From Planctomycetota bacterium (GTDB taxonomy: Bacteria; Planctomycetota; GCA-002687715; DRQF01): 11,641 bases of DNA. The notes under the pieces were generated by a model. It was given only the letters and a program-made list of their open reading frames with translations. It did not search any database and had not been told where the DNA came from. Shown piece after piece: positions 9,042 through 11,641 of this stretch. Numbering within the stretch: position 1 is the first letter of the stretch; the number at the start of each line of letters is the position of its first letter. The position numbers and the translations under genes are program-made. The stretch is from the NCBI GenBank assembly GCA_036479435.1, contig JAZGFI010000182.1, forward strand, positions 1-11,641, read 5' to 3'.

Positions 9042-9590
9042 TTGACCAATCCAATACTGGGCCAGTCCAAGCTATGGCCACTCCTTTTCCGTTTGGATGT
9101 CGTACTGCGCGACGAACTGCAGGCTAAGGGCTGTATGCACTGCGGTTCGCGTCTCGACCGCGCCGACTACGAACGAAAACCACGCGGCGGACCAGACCTC
9201 CGTGGTGATGTCTTCCAACTTCGACTGAGCCTATGTTGCTCGTCGCCTTCATGTCGTCGCAGGGCCACTCCGCCATCCACCCGTTTTCTTGGCCGCCGTG
9301 TCTACCTTGGAGCGGCGGTGGTCCTTGTGTCGGCCTTTCACCAAGGCCCAAGCCCAAAACACACAAAGGCGCTGGCGGCAGCTTTGGGAGTGGGAATAAG
9401 GACCATCGACAGATGGTCCAAGTGGTGGCGGGAAGATTTCCAGCAAAGTCGTCTTTGGCGGCGGCTCCGAGGGCTTGTTCTGCATGCAGACGAACCAGTT
9501 CCGAGACGATTCGTCTTAGCGTTCGACGCCGAATTTGACGTCAGAAAGCAATCCCTCATGATGTCGTTTCTTTGCGGAGCCAGTCCATAA
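9042..9590 (+). CDS. Zn-finger + helix-turn-helix accessory protein of Mu-like/IS481-related elements (DUF6431-like, tentative)
   Basis: GAGG RBS then TTG at 9042 (182 aa); CMHC...YERKPRG...RLSLCCSSPSCRRRATPPSTRFLGRRVY, then HTH-like LAAALGVGIRTIDRWSKWW. I recall this type of ORF preceding DDE integrase + ExeA-type ATPase genes. Confidence 0.75.
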   Translation: MTNPILGQSKLWPLLFRLDVVLRDELQAKGCMHCGSRLDRADYERKPRGGPDLRGDVFQLRLSLCCSSPSCRRRATPPSTRFLGRRVYLGAAVVLVSAFHQGPSPKHTKALAAALGVGIRTIDRWSKWWREDFQQSRLWRRLRGLVLHADEPVPRRFVLAFDAEFDVRKQSLMMSFLCGASP

Positions 9591-9898
9591 TTCGCCAAGT
9601 TCTTTGTCCCGACGACTGAAAATGACGATCCACGCAGAAGATGTCCCAAGGCTCGAAATCGCCAAACGAATGCTCTTGAGTTTGCACCAAAGGAACGCGC
9701 AACCTATCGCACAGTCATGATTGAACGGGAAACCGAACGGCCCCAATGGTGGCGATTTTCGCCGATCATTGGCGGCGCTGTGGAGTGACTGCCCAAGTAG
9801 GCGCAGCAAATGCTGCCCCGACATGGTCAACGCGAAAGAGCGCCCCGCCAGCCAAATCGCCGTCACTACGGGCCATCTGTCCGAATTGCGGTATTTAG

Positions 9899-9972
9899 AC
9901 TCAAGATCGCGCTGCCGTTTCGAGCCTCAAAGAGCGTGGAGTCGGAAACCTCAAGATGCGTGGGTGCTTACA
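9899..9972 (-). repeat. Right end with three repeated motifs (putative transposase-binding sites)
   Basis: CCTCAAGATGCGTGG (9949-9963), CCTCAAAGAGCGTGG (9925-9939), ACTCAAGATCGCGCT (9899-9913); spacing 24 and 26 bp. Confidence 0.8.
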
Positions 9973-10373
9973 GCTAGGCCGGCCTCACGCGCGATCAGAA
10001 GAAGCTGTACGAATAGGTTTTCGAAGTCATCCAGATGCTGTTGACGAAACCGGCAGATCGTCCGGTGGCTCGGGAAATTTGTCCCGGCCAAATAGCGCGT
10101 CGGCACGTCCTCCTCGACAGCTCTCGCGATCTTCCTCGAAGAAAACACTCCTCGCGCGTACGAGTACACCAACACCCGCAACAGCATTCGGGGATCGTAG
10201 GGCTGCGCGCGACGGCCGTCTCCGTCGTAGCGACCGTAGAATGCCGATAGATCGAGTTCGTCGATCGCGTCCGCAATGAAGTACACCAGATGATCTTCCC
10301 GCAGCCACTCACGCGGCGACGCGGGGAACAACCAACACTGGTCTGGTTCGTATCCGCGGAACGTGGTTCCCAT
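9973..10373 (-). pseudogene. IS1182-family transposase, N-terminal part (DUF772-type)
   Basis: ATG 10373 with AGGAGG RBS; LFPASPREWLREDHLVYFI, PYDPRMLLRVLVYSYARGVFSSRKIARA, PSHRTICRFR. Joins the C-terminal part in frame (EAGLA|KLGTIGIDGT) to give 440 aa. Confidence 0.93.
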
Positions 10374-10463
10374 CGATATCGCCCTCCTGTGACACGATAT
10401 CAACCCAAAGACAGGTCCGAAAACGCTGTTGCGATTCCGGCAGCTCTTCTGTGGCGCACGCTC

Positions 10464-11346
10464 CTAGGGAGAATCTAGCCGAGCGCCGTGCTTTGGTCTT
10501 GGAAGCAAGGACGACTCCTGCAATGGGCTGACCTTTATGATCTAGAACTTGCCCCTTAGCGATGAGCGGCAGGCTTGGGATCTTCACTTCCCCCACATCG
10601 ATGCGAGCGTGTTCGCTAAGTGCGTTGAAAGAGATCTCCGCATAGACACCTCGGATTCGACGTCCGAGGTAGCCGCCGCCGCGTGCATTCGAAGACACCT
10701 TTAGCGTACCTTGGGCCAAGGTATCGAACTGAAAGGACCACGCCCCCGGCGATTCACCCTTAATGATCCGGTGTTCAATCCACTCCCCTTCTGTGTCCAA
10801 AAACTCGATCCGAACTCGGTTCTCGAGCTTTATCACTGGGCCCGCATCATCCGTCAGTCGAAGAGAAACAATTGGTTTTCTGCTCTGCTGCTTCGACCAC
10901 GTCGCGAGTTCTTCGGACCAGTTGATCTTGAGATCGTGAGTGCCCGACGATGGGATGTCGATGACTTTCGACGGGTCTTCGCGGCCTTCAAGCTCAAGGG
11001 TGAAGCAGACGATTCCAGACGGATCGAAGGCGGCGAGACGGAGTCCATCCTTGGGATTCGCGAAACTCCATCTGTCCTTTAGATGCGCAAGTCTCTTCGC
11101 GACTGGAGAGGGGTGCGAGTGGATTCTCGTCAACCATTCCATGTGAGGCTTTTTAGAAGTGCGCCCCGTATTGACGAAGAGGCGATCAACCTTCTGCGAA
11201 TCGTCGATGCCAAGAAACTGTAGGCTCATCGTGACCGGACGAGGTACAACGACTTCCAACTCGACTAGGCTTCCCTTCTTCAGCTGAAAGCGCTTGATGA
11301 TCGACTCACCTGTCCTTCCCGAAAACTCGAAAGCTATCCCCCTTTG
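10464..11346 (-). pseudogene. Upstream part of the same disrupted exported-protein gene
   Basis: Removing the IS and one CTAG joins ...GQVLDHKGQPIAGVVLASKTKARRSARFSL to GFYSKASDADGRFEICGH in frame. The frame is open to 11409 (GTG) but has no signal peptide; its 5' end is probably cut near 11346 by another IS. Confidence 0.8.
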
Positions 11347-11359
11347 TGTCAACGTCGAT

Positions 11360-11388
11360 GAGACAATCTTCGAAACAGAGTTTAGTGT
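11360..11388 (+). promoter_or_regulatory. Putative sigma70-type promoter for the ORF at 11411
   Basis: GAGACA (11360-11365), 17-bp spacer, TAGTGT (11383-11388); RBS GGAGGA at 11397-11402. Confidence 0.4.
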
Positions 11389-11410
11389 AGAAGGGCGGAG
11401 GATTTTCACG

Positions 11411-11488
11411 ATGACCGATCAGAAAAATAACGACAGCCCAGCCGCCCCAGAGGGGAGCACGGAGCGTAGCGGAGTGCTCCCCTCTGGG
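11411..11488 (+). pseudogene. N-terminus of a probable transposase ORF cut by the element starting at 11489
   Basis: Strong RBS + ATG; MTDQKNNDSPAAPEGSTERSGVLPSG. ERSG encoded in a GC hairpin loop resembles N-termini I recall from some IS transposases; only 26 codons are visible. Confidence 0.45.
11446..11488. repeat. Perfect 15-bp inverted repeat (hairpin) with 13-nt loop
   Basis: CCCAGAGGGGAGCAC (11446-11460) / GTGCTCCCCTCTGGG (11474-11488), loop GGAGCGTAGCGGA; pairing stops exactly at the TGT of the next element. Confidence 0.95.
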
Positions 11489-11641
11489 TGTAAGCACCCA
11501 CGCATCTTGAGGCTCCCAGCATCGCGCTATTTGAGGCCTCTCTTGGACTTCAAGTAAGTGAGGCCCACGCCGAGTTCCCTCGTCGTGAGCCTCTTTGCCC
11601 GAAGGCTTCCGAGTCCCGGCTATCCCTTGGCGGGTTGCTCC
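11489..11641 (+). mobile_element. Terminus of a second, related TGT...ACA-family element extending beyond the window
   Basis: TGTAAGCACCCACGCATCTTGAGG (11489-11512) is identical to the reverse complement of 9949-9972; a second TTGAGG follows 24 bp later (11531-11536) and GTGAGG at 11558-11563; internal sequence then diverges. Confidence 0.88.

Larger units (their letters stand above)
8780..9972 (+). mobile_element. 1193-bp non-autonomous TGT...ACA-ended element nested in the IS1182 transposase
   Basis: 6-bp direct repeat GCTAGG at 8774-8779 and 9973-9978; ends TGTGAGCAGCCAACTTATTTGAGG and (reverse complement) TGTAAGCACCCACGCATCTTGAGG, 16/24 identical; no recognisable DDE ORF inside; removal restores the transposase frame. 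Confidence 0.92.
7659..10463 (-). mobile_element. IS1182-family insertion sequence (1606 bp once the nested element and one duplication are removed)
   Basis: Perfect 13-bp IRs GAGCGTGCGCCAC (7659-7671) / GTGGCGCACGCTC (10451-10463), flanked by CTAG at 7655-7658 and 10464-10467; encodes a split IS1182 transposase; removal restores the host frame. Confidence 0.93.
11347..11641 (+). mobile_element. Probable left end of a third IS (TGT terminus, IS481/IS3-like), itself interrupted at 11489
   Basis: TGTCAACGTCGATGAGACAA at 11347, followed by a promoter-like pair, GGAGGA RBS and ATG at 11411 on the strand opposite the host gene. Partner end is not in the window, so the boundary is inferred. Confidence 0.5.

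Noticed and set aside
9590..9900. Guide RNA matching the insertion site
   Set aside because: By eye only a 7-nt match (GTCCCGA) to the flank, which is expected by chance.
9899..9972. CRISPR-like mini-array from the TTGAGG repeats
   Set aside because: Repeats are short and degenerate, only 24-34 bp apart, confined to element ends in inverted orientation; no cas genes.
11324..11352. Hybrid outward promoter from TTGACA on the minus strand of the putative IS end
   Set aside because: No acceptable -10 hexamer 16-18 bp downstream.
11424..11488. Integron attC site or REP element (TAAC followed by a long hairpin)
   Set aside because: AAATAAC is not RYYYAAC, the stem has no extrahelical bases, no partner GTT box or integrase is visible, and the hairpin lies inside an RBS-led ORF; single copy in the window.
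9949..11512. Composite transposon bounded by the two identical 24-bp ends
   Set aside because: The ends face away from the intervening DNA (ACA on the left, TGT on the right), and 9972 already pairs with 8780 through the GCTAGG duplication.

Overview
GC-rich bacterial window; the protein families suggest a Planctomycetota-like host (inference). Left half (1-6535): a minus-strand operon with a lipoprotein (Ig-like domain + clan GH-A glycoside-hydrolase-like barrel) followed by at least three tandem paralogous exported beta-sandwich ('carboxypeptidase regulatory-like') genes, plus a divergent hypothetical gene, a His-less DinB-like gene and a doubtful small lipoprotein. Right half (6609-11641): one large exported-protein gene destroyed by nested insertions. 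An IS1182-family element (7659-10463, 13-bp IRs, CTAG duplication) sits in it. The IS1182 transposase is itself split by a 1193-bp transposase-less element (8780-9972) with TGT...ACA ends, a 6-bp GCTAGG duplication, arrays of TTGAGG end repeats and one Zn-finger/HTH gene. At the right edge a probable third IS starts near 11347, and its putative transposase start is cut at 11489 by a second member of the same TGT...ACA family. Main candidate system: a Mu/Tn7-like-ended element family found twice within 3 kb, apparently inside another IS's transposase gene both times.
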